From positions 1 to 38,443 of the forward strand of contig JAUWBB010000003.1 of assembly GCA_030605195.1 (NCBI GenBank): a stretch of DNA of 38,443 bases, in the 5' to 3' direction. The position numbers and the translations under genes were made by a program. This document shows, in pieces, positions 29,724 to 38,443 of the stretch (the first letter of the stretch is position 1; each line of letters begins with the position of its first letter). The notes beneath the pieces are model-generated. The model did not search any database, had not been told where the DNA came from, and saw only the letters and a list, made by a program, of their open reading frames with translations. Origin of the DNA: Bacteroidota bacterium. Its GTDB lineage: Bacteria > Bacteroidota > Bacteroidia > Bacteroidales > VadinHA17.

Positions 29724-32570
29724 ATGAGGAAAATTTACTTTTTAATTTCCGCGATAATTGTCATTATCCTCTCTTTAAATGTTTACTATTATTTTGACAT
29801 TTATGATCAGCAGGTTGACTTTCAAAAAAGTTTCCTTTTAAAGCAAACCCAGTTATGCGAAGAGGAGATTGAAAAAATAGGATCTCAATTTGTAAGTGAT
29901 TTGAATAGAGTTTTATTTTTAGATGATATAACGCAATTCTTCGATAATGAAGAAATAATGCAAAGAGGCACAAAGAACATTGAATTATTCTATTCTAAAT
30001 ATGATAACCTGATTATGAATATCTTACTTTATGATAACAAAAAAAACGTTTTTAATTTATATAAAGACAATAATAACAATTTTATATCCGACACATATAC
30101 TACTCATGATCATAGGGAATTAGTGCCAAGGGAAAAGATTATTTTACAAAAAAATAAACATGTCTTTTTCTTACCCGTCATCAACAACAATTTCGTTACA
30201 GGAAATGTTGCCACTACGATAGATTACATTCATTTCATTAATTCTGTTTTTAAGAATTACTATCTTGAAAACACCCAATGGCAATGGTTATTAAACGATA
30301 AAGGAGAAATCGTTTTAAACAACTTTTCAGGTGGTGAATTACAAATAAACCAGTTACTTCGTATCACAGATGACCTCATTGAAGGTTTCCAGGGAACTCT
30401 CACTCATTCCGTTTTGATCAATAACAAGAATGAGAAAGTAATTTCAGCATATCACCCGGTACGGATATTAGACAGAGAATTCGGCATTGTTTTTACACTC
30501 AAAACAGAAACCATTTTACAAACTATTATTAAGAATGCCATTATCATTATTTTCTTAACCCTGATTCTTGTTTCCTCGATTATTTTCATTTTTCTTTTCT
30601 TTATTCGCAGACAAAATATTGAAGCAGAAAAGTTGCAGGAATCCGAACTGGCACTTGCTCAAATCCTTGAATCCCTGCCCATAGGAATCCTGATGCTTGG
30701 TAAGGATAGAAAAATCAGGGAAATTAACAATATGGCTATTGAAATGTTTTCTCTGGAGAAAGAAGGAGATTTGGTTGGGAAAGATATTTCAGACCGCTTT
30801 TCCTTCGGAAAGAATTTTCTTAACAAAGAATATTTTGGTTTAACTTTCAATACAAGTAAGTTTTTTTCGTATGAGAAAAACGGGAAAGAAATCGTTGTTT
30901 ATAAAAAAGAAATACTATTTAAACTCGAGGGTGAAGATATAACGCTTGAAGCATTCGTTGATGTTACTCCGCTTGAAAAGGCACGAAAACAGGAAGTTAT
31001 TGCCAATCAGGCTAAATCAGAATTCCTGGCAAAAATGAGCCATGAGATCCGCACACCTTTAAACGGCATTATTGGTATAGCTGATGCTTTTTCACGCCAG
31101 AAATTAACTGAAAAGCAACAGGAATCTGCCCAAATAATAAGACAATCAACCGATTTATTGCTATCTATTATCAACGATATCCTTGACTTTTCGAAAATTG
31201 AAGCCGGCAAGATTATGCTTGAGGAAATTCCTTTTAGCCTTAGTAAAGAAATGGATTATGACTTAAATACTTTCAACCCGGATCTTCGGGAAAAGAATCT
31301 TGATTTTATTTTACGTATCGAACCAAATGTTCCGGACAAAATTATTGGTGATCCCTTCCGTTTACGCCAGGTCCTTTCAAATTTGGTAGGCAATGCCATA
31401 AAGTTTACCGAAAAAGGTAAAATCGCGGTGATTGTTAAATTGGTCGAGGAATACTCTGGTAATCTTACCATTCAAATTGATGTTGAAGACACGGGTATTG
31501 GTATTCCGGAAAAACAATTAAAGGGAATATTTGTATCCTTTGAACAAGCTGATGGTTCAACCATAAGAAAATACGGTGGTGCCGGACTGAATACAACCAT
31601 TTCTAAACAACTCGTTGAGCTGATGGGAGGAGAAATCTGGGTTGAGTCTCCTTCAGGCATTTCAGACGACCTGGAAACTCCCGGAACCAGATTCAGCTTC
31701 ACCATAAAAGCCTTTTCAAATGAAAAGATCAAGAAATGTATCCGGAATGAAAAAATTACCAAATATCATCAAATAAAAACCCTGATCATCAATGAAAAAA
31801 CCGGGAAAAATGATCATTTGTTAGAGATCCTTCAAAATTTTGGAATTTCTTCCTATGTTACAAATTTTCAGGAGAAAATCATAGATCTGATAAAATCGAA
31901 TATTACAAACCGTACTGAAAGCTATAATGTAATTATTATAAGTGATACCCCTTCTTTCAATGGGTTTGAAGTTGCACGACAACTTCACCAACATAAATTA
32001 AGCGACAAGTTCCTTATCATGATTGTTAGTTCCAACAATCAAAAAGAGAATTTTGCAAAATGCAAAAAACTAGGAATTGATTACTATTTGATCCAACCAT
32101 ACCAATCATCTGAAATCTTTGATATCTTCCAAACCCATTTCCCAAATATCAAACTTGATGAAGACAATACACCTGAAGTTGACATAATTAAGAAAGACAT
32201 GAAGATATTGGTCGCAGAAGATAACCTGATAAATCAACAAGTGGCAAAAGCCACATTCAAAAATTTGGGTTTTGAAATTGATATGGCAAAAAACGGCAAT
32301 GATGCAATTGCTAAAATTAATGATAATAACTATGATGTTATTTTTATGGACATAATGATGCCTGAATTAGACGGTATGGAAGCCACGAAGAAATTAAGAA
32401 AACAAAACCATAACTTGCCCATTATTGCACTTACAGCAGATATCAACAAAGAGGTTCAAGACAAAATGAAAGAGATTGGTATGAATGATTACATTGCAAA
32501 GCCCATTCGTATTAATGAAATTAAAAGGGTTTTGATAAAATGGTTTTCAGAATCAATAAAATCAGACTAA
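29724..32570 (+). CDS. Hybrid sensor histidine kinase/response regulator
   Basis: Two TM segments, PAS-like region, SHEIRTPLNG H-box, NAIKFT, DTGIGI, a degenerate receiver and a canonical C-terminal receiver (FMDIMMP). Confidence 0.95.
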   Translation: MRKIYFLISAIIVIILSLNVYYYFDIYDQQVDFQKSFLLKQTQLCEEEIEKIGSQFVSDLNRVLFLDDITQFFDNEEIMQRGTKNIELFYSKYDNLIMNILLYDNKKNVFNLYKDNNNNFISDTYTTHDHRELVPREKIILQKNKHVFFLPVINNNFVTGNVATTIDYIHFINSVFKNYYLENTQWQWLLNDKGEIVLNNFSGGELQINQLLRITDDLIEGFQGTLTHSVLINNKNEKVISAYHPVRILDREFGIVFTLKTETILQTIIKNAIIIIFLTLILVSSIIFIFLFFIRRQNIEAEKLQESELALAQILESLPIGILMLGKDRKIREINNMAIEMFSLEKEGDLVGKDISDRFSFGKNFLNKEYFGLTFNTSKFFSYEKNGKEIVVYKKEILFKLEGEDITLEAFVDVTPLEKARKQEVIANQAKSEFLAKMSHEIRTPLNGIIGIADAFSRQKLTEKQQESAQIIRQSTDLLLSIINDILDFSKIEAGKIMLEEIPFSLSKEMDYDLNTFNPDLREKNLDFILRIEPNVPDKIIGDPFRLRQVLSNLVGNAIKFTEKGKIAVIVKLVEEYSGNLTIQIDVEDTGIGIPEKQLKGIFVSFEQADGSTIRKYGGAGLNTTISKQLVELMGGEIWVESPSGISDDLETPGTRFSFTIKAFSNEKIKKCIRNEKITKYHQIKTLIINEKTGKNDHLLEILQNFGISSYVTNFQEKIIDLIKSNITNRTESYNVIIISDTPSFNGFEVARQLHQHKLSDKFLIMIVSSNNQKENFAKCKKLGIDYYLIQPYQSSEIFDIFQTHFPNIKLDEDNTPEVDIIKKDMKILVAEDNLINQQVAKATFKNLGFEIDMAKNGNDAIAKINDNNYDVIFMDIMMPELDGMEATKKLRKQNHNLPIIALTADINKEVQDKMKEIGMNDYIAKPIRINEIKRVLIKWFSESIKSD

Positions 32571-33622
32571 AATTAATTCAGATACAGGATTTTCTTGTGA
32601 AAGTAAAAAATGTACCTGTAATTGATGTTCGCTCTCCAGGAGAATTTCTGAAAGGGCATATACCCGGAGCTAATAATGTTCCGCTTTTTAATGACGACGA
32701 ACGCGCAATTGTTGGCATCAAATACAAGAACGAAAGCCGTAATTCGGCTATCAGAGCCGGGTTAGAGATAGTGGGGCCCAAATTGGTTTCATTAGTCGAA
32801 CAATCTAAAAGAATAGCAAAGCATAACAAAGTAAAAATCCATTGCTGGAGGGGTGGTCTGCGAAGTGAGAGTATGGCATGGTTACTCAATACAGCCGGTA
32901 TTAAAACGTTTATTCTAAATGGTGGATACAAAGCCTACCGGAGATATCAAAAGGAATATTACTCGAAGAAAGTGAATCCGATTATTCTTGGAGGTAAAAC
33001 AGGAAGCGGGAAAACTGCAATCCTTTATGAAATTGAAAATCTTGGAGAACAGGTGGTCGATCTGGAAGGCATTGCTAATCATAAAGGATCGGCCTTTGGA
33101 GCCCTCGGTCAGGATGCCCAACCATCAAATGAACAGTTTGAAAATAACCTTTTTGAAAAATGGATCAGTCTGGATTTTCATCGAAACATATGGCTCGAAG
33201 ACGAAAGCAAGGCAATAGGAAAAAATTTTATTCCTGATGAAATCCGGATTCAAATGAGAAATAGTCCGGTAATTGCCCTCGAAATGGGAAAACCATTAAG
33301 GATAAAACGTTTAGAAAAAGAATATGCTCGGTTTAACAAGGAAGAATTGAAAAAATCAATTTTTAAAATCTCCAAAAAGATTGGCGGATTAAATACCAGG
33401 CAATCCATTGAAGCCATAGAAAAGAGAGATTTTTCAACAGCAATCGATCTTAGCCTTACTTATTATGACAAAGCATACCAGTTTGGCCTGTCAGGAAGAG
33501 AAAAAGAGATGGTATTCAGAATTATCCTGGAAGAAGATAATCCAAAAAGAAATGCGGAAAAGGTACTGGATTTTGCAAAAGATAACGGACTTTTAAAAAC
33601 CCTTTCCCACCTTAAGCCATAA
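32540..33622 (+). CDS. mnmH: tRNA 2-selenouridine(34) synthase
   Basis: Rhodanese DVRSPGEF..GHIPGA, CWRGGLRS, P-loop GKTGSGKT, DLEGIANHKGSAFG, EDES; start uncertain. Confidence 0.95.
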   Translation: MVFRINKIRLKLIQIQDFLVKVKNVPVIDVRSPGEFLKGHIPGANNVPLFNDDERAIVGIKYKNESRNSAIRAGLEIVGPKLVSLVEQSKRIAKHNKVKIHCWRGGLRSESMAWLLNTAGIKTFILNGGYKAYRRYQKEYYSKKVNPIILGGKTGSGKTAILYEIENLGEQVVDLEGIANHKGSAFGALGQDAQPSNEQFENNLFEKWISLDFHRNIWLEDESKAIGKNFIPDEIRIQMRNSPVIALEMGKPLRIKRLEKEYARFNKEELKKSIFKISKKIGGLNTRQSIEAIEKRDFSTAIDLSLTYYDKAYQFGLSGREKEMVFRIILEEDNPKRNAEKVLDFAKDNGLLKTLSHLKP

Positions 33623-33677
33623 TAAATTAATTCCATGCCTGATACCCTGGGTATTGTAAAAAGTCTCTTTTTATCAT

Positions 33678-34940
33678 TTACTGTTGCTGAACTTCCGTAG
33701 CATCAACAAGTTTGTACAATTTATCGGATCTCCGGGCAATATGGGAAACAGGAATGGAACAAACTTCCCCTTTTTTTGTTTTTGTAACGTTTTTTAAATT
33801 AATTCTGATTTCCTTAACCCTGGACTGAATGACCCCTGTGGTTGGGCCTATAATAAGAATTTCATCATTTACATTCAGGAAGCCGGTTTCTATTTTGAAT
33901 TCGGCAACTTGTATCCTGGAAAAGTAATTGGTGATTTTCCCCAGGTATATTTTTCGTTTGGTTGCCCTGGAACCATAGCGGTGGTTCCATTCGCCAAGCC
34001 TCTTCCCCAGATAATAACCACCCCAGAAACCACGGTTAAACACCATAGATAACCTTCTTTCCCACTCCTTTATTTCCTTATCATTATAGGTGCCATTTAT
34101 AATCGACCTGACCGCTTCATCATAACATTCCACAACTGTTTTTACATATTCAGGTGATCTTGCCCTGCCTTCGATCTTTAATAACTTCACTCCTGCATCC
34201 AGTATCTTATTTAAGAAACCAATGGTGTTCAGATCTTTTGGAGACATTATGTATTCATTGTTTATCTCCAATTCATTACCGGTTTCCTTTTCTTTTACTG
34301 TATAGGCCCGGCGACATATTTGTAAACATGCTCCCCGGTTTGCCGATGAGTTAGTTTCATGTAAGCTTAAATAACACTTTCCTGATATAGCCATACACAA
34401 GGCTCCATGAGCAAAAAGTTCTATTCGGATTAAATTTCCGGAAGGGCCTTTAATTTGCTCCTCCTCAATGGCTTTGGAAATGCCCGCGATTTGATCCAAT
34501 GTTAGTTCTCTTGCCAGGACAATCACTTCAGCAAACCGTGCATAAAATTTTAATGCCTCAAGATTGCTGATGTTTACCTGGGTTGAAAGATGGATTTCAA
34601 CCCCAATGGAGCCGGCATAACTCAACACAGCCTGATCTGAAGCAATAATTACCGAAATATCTTTTTCTTTTACCGTATTGATGATCTTTTTCATAGAATC
34701 AAGATCATCATCATAAAGAACCGTATTTAGGGTTAGATACGACCGGATATTATGTTCTTTACAGATCAGGGATATGTTTGTCAAATCATCCAGGGAAAAA
34801 TTACCGGATGATTTAGCCCTCATATTCAACCGGTCAACCCCAAAGTACACCGAATCAGCACCAGCCTGAATAGCTGCCATAAGCGATTCATAAGAACCTG
34901 CCGGAGCCATTATTTCTATATCAGTTCTTTGGATTTTCAC
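33678..34940 (-). CDS. U32 family protein (peptidase U32 / RNA hydroxylation TrhP-like)
   Basis: EIMAPAGS, GADSVY, HLSTQ, HGALCMAISGKC..NRGACLQICR, KIEGR. Confidence 0.92.
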   Translation of the reverse strand: MKIQRTDIEIMAPAGSYESLMAAIQAGADSVYFGVDRLNMRAKSSGNFSLDDLTNISLICKEHNIRSYLTLNTVLYDDDLDSMKKIINTVKEKDISVIIASDQAVLSYAGSIGVEIHLSTQVNISNLEALKFYARFAEVIVLARELTLDQIAGISKAIEEEQIKGPSGNLIRIELFAHGALCMAISGKCYLSLHETNSSANRGACLQICRRAYTVKEKETGNELEINNEYIMSPKDLNTIGFLNKILDAGVKLLKIEGRARSPEYVKTVVECYDEAVRSIINGTYNDKEIKEWERRLSMVFNRGFWGGYYLGKRLGEWNHRYGSRATKRKIYLGKITNYFSRIQVAEFKIETGFLNVNDEILIIGPTTGVIQSRVKEIRINLKNVTKTKKGEVCSIPVSHIARRSDKLYKLVDATEVQQQ

Positions 34941-34944
34941 CTGG

Positions 34945-36096
34945 TTACTTTTTAAGTATTATCCGGATAGTGGTTCCCTTATTGATTTCCGAATATTTTA
35001 CAAAGATATTTCCTCCATGATAAATTTCAACGATGCGTTTTGTTAAAGATAATCCAAGTCCCCACCCTCTTTCCTTTGTGGTGTAGCCAGGACTAAAGAT
35101 TGTTTTGAATCTGGATTTTGGAATGCCCTTACCATTATCATTAATATCCAGGTAAATTACCTTCGTTTGATTAGTAATAGAAATCCTTATTTTACCATCG
35201 CTGCCTATTGCATCCAGAGCATTCTTACACAAATTTTCTATTACCCACTCGAATAGTACGGTATTCAATGGGATCCAAATCTTTTCGTTTTCACCGAAAT
35301 TAAACTCAAAACTGACATTTTTTGAAGATCGGTTTTTGATATATTGCACTGTATGCAAAACCTCTTTCAATAAATTCGACCGGACTAATGCAGGTTTAGA
35401 TCCGACTTTTGAGAATCTTTCAGTGATTTTCTCAAGACGGTTAACATCTTTTTCGAATTCTGAGACCAGATTTTCATCAAGGTTCTTCATTCGAAGCAAT
35501 TCAACCCAGGCAGACAGGGAAGAAGTTGGTGTTCCCAACTGATGTGCTGTTTCCTTTGAAAGACCAACCCAAACCTGGTTTTGTTCAGCTTCGCGAGTTG
35601 CACTGAATGCATAATAGGAAACGAAAATAAATAATACAATTACCCCTAGCTGGATAAAAGGGAACCAGGCCAGCTTGGTCAGAATAAATGAATCTTTATA
35701 ATAAATATAATTCTTTTCACCATTGCTCAACTCGATTTCTATGGATTCATGTACCTGATTCATTTTCTTTAACTGCCGGTGCAGATATTCCGGATTATTT
35801 TTCCTGACAGGATTCAGGTTCCTGGTGGAAATAGTATCGCCAAGGGCATCAACAAGAATTACCGGAACCGTGTTGTTATTTTCAATAACCTCAAATAAAA
35901 ATTCAAAATCGGATTCAGTTATATCCAGCTCAATCAGTTGTTTTGTGGCTTTCGCCCATAACTCGACTTTCTTTCGCTCCTCTGTTTTTAATTCCCTTAC
36001 CAGTCTCTGGGTATAGATCAACGAGGTTAAACCAATAACCGCAGCCATTACAAATAAGAAAAATTTCCACCGAATCTTTTGCGTGTAGATATTCAA
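34945..36096 (-). CDS. Membrane sensor histidine kinase (no adjacent response regulator)
   Basis: ETAHQLGTP, NLCKNALDA, DNGKG, GWGLGL; TTG start. Confidence 0.93.
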   Translation of the reverse strand: MNIYTQKIRWKFFLFVMAAVIGLTSLIYTQRLVRELKTEERKKVELWAKATKQLIELDITESDFEFLFEVIENNNTVPVILVDALGDTISTRNLNPVRKNNPEYLHRQLKKMNQVHESIEIELSNGEKNYIYYKDSFILTKLAWFPFIQLGVIVLFIFVSYYAFSATREAEQNQVWVGLSKETAHQLGTPTSSLSAWVELLRMKNLDENLVSEFEKDVNRLEKITERFSKVGSKPALVRSNLLKEVLHTVQYIKNRSSKNVSFEFNFGENEKIWIPLNTVLFEWVIENLCKNALDAIGSDGKIRISITNQTKVIYLDINDNGKGIPKSRFKTIFSPGYTTKERGWGLGLSLTKRIVEIYHGGNIFVKYSEINKGTTIRIILKK

Positions 36097-36118
36097 ATTA
36101 ATCCTGTTATAATATGTA

Positions 36119-36170
36119 AAATGCCTAAGAAAGAAATGCCTAAAATGCCTAAAGTTAAAAATGGCTAAAA
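36119..36170 (+). repeat. Octamer tandem repeat (ATGCCTAA)
   Basis: aaatgcctaagaaagaaatgcctaaaatgcctaaagtt; same family as 5558-5638. Confidence 0.8.
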
Positions 36171-38443
36171 TTATAAATTCCGTTTCTTTTTAAACCTGGT
36201 AGTATCTTCTTCTTCTTCCCACTCGATAATAAATTTCCTGGACGTTTTCTTTTTTTCAGGTTTCTTTATTTGAATAGTATCAGCTTCCTCCCACTCAAAA
36301 ACAAACTTTTGCTGCTTATCTACAAATTCCTGGAGCGATGAATCTTTTCTGAACCAGCCAAATTCTTCCTGTAGTATCTTTTTCAATTCATTCCTTTCCT
36401 CCTTGATGGTTTCCTTTATCACATTCTTTACCTGGTCCTTATCGTATGAAATATGAATGTTCTCTTTATCGCCGGCAATTGATAAATACAAACTCGTACG
36501 TCCCAGGTTATCATCCTCAATAATTCCGAATTCCTCATTCTCTTTTTTTACCTCTCTCGCCTTTCTGGCAAGCACTTCTGAAAGCAAAACCCTCACCTTA
36601 TAATTATACTTGTTACTAAAGTGGTGAACCCCTGAGAGAGAAATATTAAATGCCGTGGAATAAATATCCATTAACGGAATAGTAACCGTTTGGTCTTTTA
36701 TAAAGATTTCGTTTTCAAGTGTTGAAAAGGTAATGTGTTTCAACTCAGATAACTCAATAAACCTGGACAACCCCAACATGGGTTCAAATTCAATCAACTC
36801 CCCGTTATTTATCACGAGAGAACTTTCGGTGATTACTTTTCCCTTTTTTATTTTCAGGCCGGGGGTTATTTCGGAAGAAAAACTTATATTTCCGGCTACG
36901 ATACCTTTTACATGATTATCCATGATAAATTTCTGTCCAAAATTATTAAACGAATAAAACATATCTCTAATATTAATTTCGTTTAACTGAACCTGTGTTT
37001 TTACAGAAAAATCACCGTTGTATTTCCGGACGATAATTCCGTTACCCGAAATTTCTCCCCACATCGATTCCAAGGATAATGAATTTACAACAGCCATATG
37101 CGGTTTATATGTAAGCAGTCCTTTACAATTATTAGCAGAGAATCTCCTGAAAGTAAAATGTCCGATGTCGAAATTGAGTTTAGCCTGCAATTTATCAGGA
37201 AATTTTATTATCGATGAATTCGAATATTGTGATTTATTACCGGACTTCTTAATAAACATTTCAAAGTCAAGTTTATCCGCTTTAATCGTACCTTCAATCA
37301 AAAGAGGTTTGGTTCCCGAGATCAGGTAGGGCATGGCATTACCCAATTTTCCTTCGAGAAGCAGTTTATTTCCCGAAATATTTAAAAAGATACCATCAAG
37401 CCAAAAATGCTTTCCAAGCATCATACTTCCGTTGATACCCGAAAAATCCAATACCGCACCTTGCAGCTTAAAGCCGACATCCTTGTATAGAATGTGTCCA
37501 ACCGGATTCAATCGCTCCAGATCACAGATTGAGATCTTATTAATATTTTGGATCCTTCCTTCCAGTTTTACATTAGCCCTGATTTCACCTGTAAGGTATT
37601 GTAAGGTATCAATATCAAAGAATTCCTTTATATCCTGCATATTAATATCACCGGTTAATAACAATTCGACGATAGGATTTTTAAAATTTATAATTGTGTA
37701 TGAACCAGCCAACTCACTTCTCCCAATTAAAGTATTAAATTTGGATACTTCCAATTTGGATGATTGGGAACTATTCTTTTCACCATTTGAATAGAAACCT
37801 TCCAGTTTCAAATCAGATAACTTAATTTTTGAATCCTCTTTGGTGATAAAACCATCCTGAACTCCAAAACCAATTTCAATATGTATAGATCCACCGGGTC
37901 CATAGGATCCCGAAATAGCAGATTGAAAGCTGATTTTCCCCCTGGGATTGTATTTCTTTAATTTATCTCTTGTTCCGGCCGGAAACAAAGGAACCAAATC
38001 AGAAACATCAAGATCTTTACCACGGATCACAAGTTGCAATCGTTTATCCTTTTTTGTAAAAAATGTGCCTGTTACATCAAATTCCAAGCCGGAAATATCA
38101 AGAACCCCTTTATGAAGGTTGTGTTTATTATCTTCAACATCAAGGTTCAATTCCAGCTTAACCGGACGATTTCTAAGTGTTTGTGCGTTGCTGATTTGTA
38201 AATGTTGTACGAATATATTTCCCTGTGTTTTCAAGCTATATCGAAAAGATGCAAAATGACCCCGAATGGCAAACTTGTTTATATACCCCTTCAAATCAAC
38301 CTGGTTCGCTTTATCAATCAAGGTTAACTCAATATTTGAAAATTTGAGATTCTGTAATGCTAAAGTAAAATTTGACTGCCCGGTATCTTGTTTCGTTTTC
38401 CAAAACCGGTAATTCACCAATCCGTCCTTTGTTGTATACAATT
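36171..38443 (-). CDS. AsmA-like protein, 5' end beyond the window
   Basis: Long beta-rich ORF, FSTLENEIFIKD...ISLSGVHHF..YNY C-terminal region typical of Bacteroidota AsmA-like proteins. Confidence 0.75.
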   Translation of the reverse strand, partial: LYTTKDGLVNYRFWKTKQDTGQSNFTLALQNLKFSNIELTLIDKANQVDLKGYINKFAIRGHFASFRYSLKTQGNIFVQHLQISNAQTLRNRPVKLELNLDVEDNKHNLHKGVLDISGLEFDVTGTFFTKKDKRLQLVIRGKDLDVSDLVPLFPAGTRDKLKKYNPRGKISFQSAISGSYGPGGSIHIEIGFGVQDGFITKEDSKIKLSDLKLEGFYSNGEKNSSQSSKLEVSKFNTLIGRSELAGSYTIINFKNPIVELLLTGDINMQDIKEFFDIDTLQYLTGEIRANVKLEGRIQNINKISICDLERLNPVGHILYKDVGFKLQGAVLDFSGINGSMMLGKHFWLDGIFLNISGNKLLLEGKLGNAMPYLISGTKPLLIEGTIKADKLDFEMFIKKSGNKSQYSNSSIIKFPDKLQAKLNFDIGHFTFRRFSANNCKGLLTYKPHMAVVNSLSLESMWGEISGNGIIVRKYNGDFSVKTQVQLNEINIRDMFYSFNNFGQKFIMDNHVKGIVAGNISFSSEITPGLKIKKGKVITESSLVINNGELIEFEPMLGLSRFIELSELKHITFSTLENEIFIKDQTVTIPLMDIYSTAFNISLSGVHHFSNKYNYKVRVLLSEVLARKAREVKKENEEFGIIEDDNLGRTSLYLSIAGDKENIHISYDKDQVKNVIKETIKEERNELKKILQEEFGWFRKDSSLQEFVDKQQKFVFEWEEADTIQIKKPEKKKTSRKFIIEWEEEEDTTRFKKKRNL

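Overview
AT-rich chromosomal segment from a Bacteroidota bacterium, probably Bacteroidales-like (T9SS cargo gene, TAnnTTTG promoters, Bacteroidota gene order). Left: a partial GT9 glycosyltransferase and an F1Fo ATP synthase split into atpD-atpC and bactofilin-atpZ/I-like-atpB-E-F-H-A-G, separated by an outer-membrane beta-barrel, a polyprenyl synthase and a four-helix-bundle remnant. Then yceD-rpmF-plsX-fabH, a large CPA1 Na+/H+ antiporter with a cyclic-nucleotide-binding domain (SOS1/SLC9C-like) and a small T9SS protein. Middle (about 18.8-24.8 kb): a decayed accessory islet with type I R-M pseudogenes (hsdM, hsdR; no hsdS) around an intact metallophosphoesterase, an IS200/RAYT fragment, an AspT/YidE transporter and a truncated GyrI-like gene. 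Right: an internally duplicated CPBP protease, rsgA, a hybrid histidine kinase, selU/mnmH, a U32 protein, a histidine kinase and a partial AsmA-like gene. The least explained signal is intergenic: a modular nested-palindrome repeat in three copies, several short-unit tandem repeat families, REP-like hairpins, a duplicated 58-bp promoter-like cassette and a candidate small RNA. No CRISPR, rRNA or tRNA was seen. All calls come from reading the sequence by eye; no searches were run.
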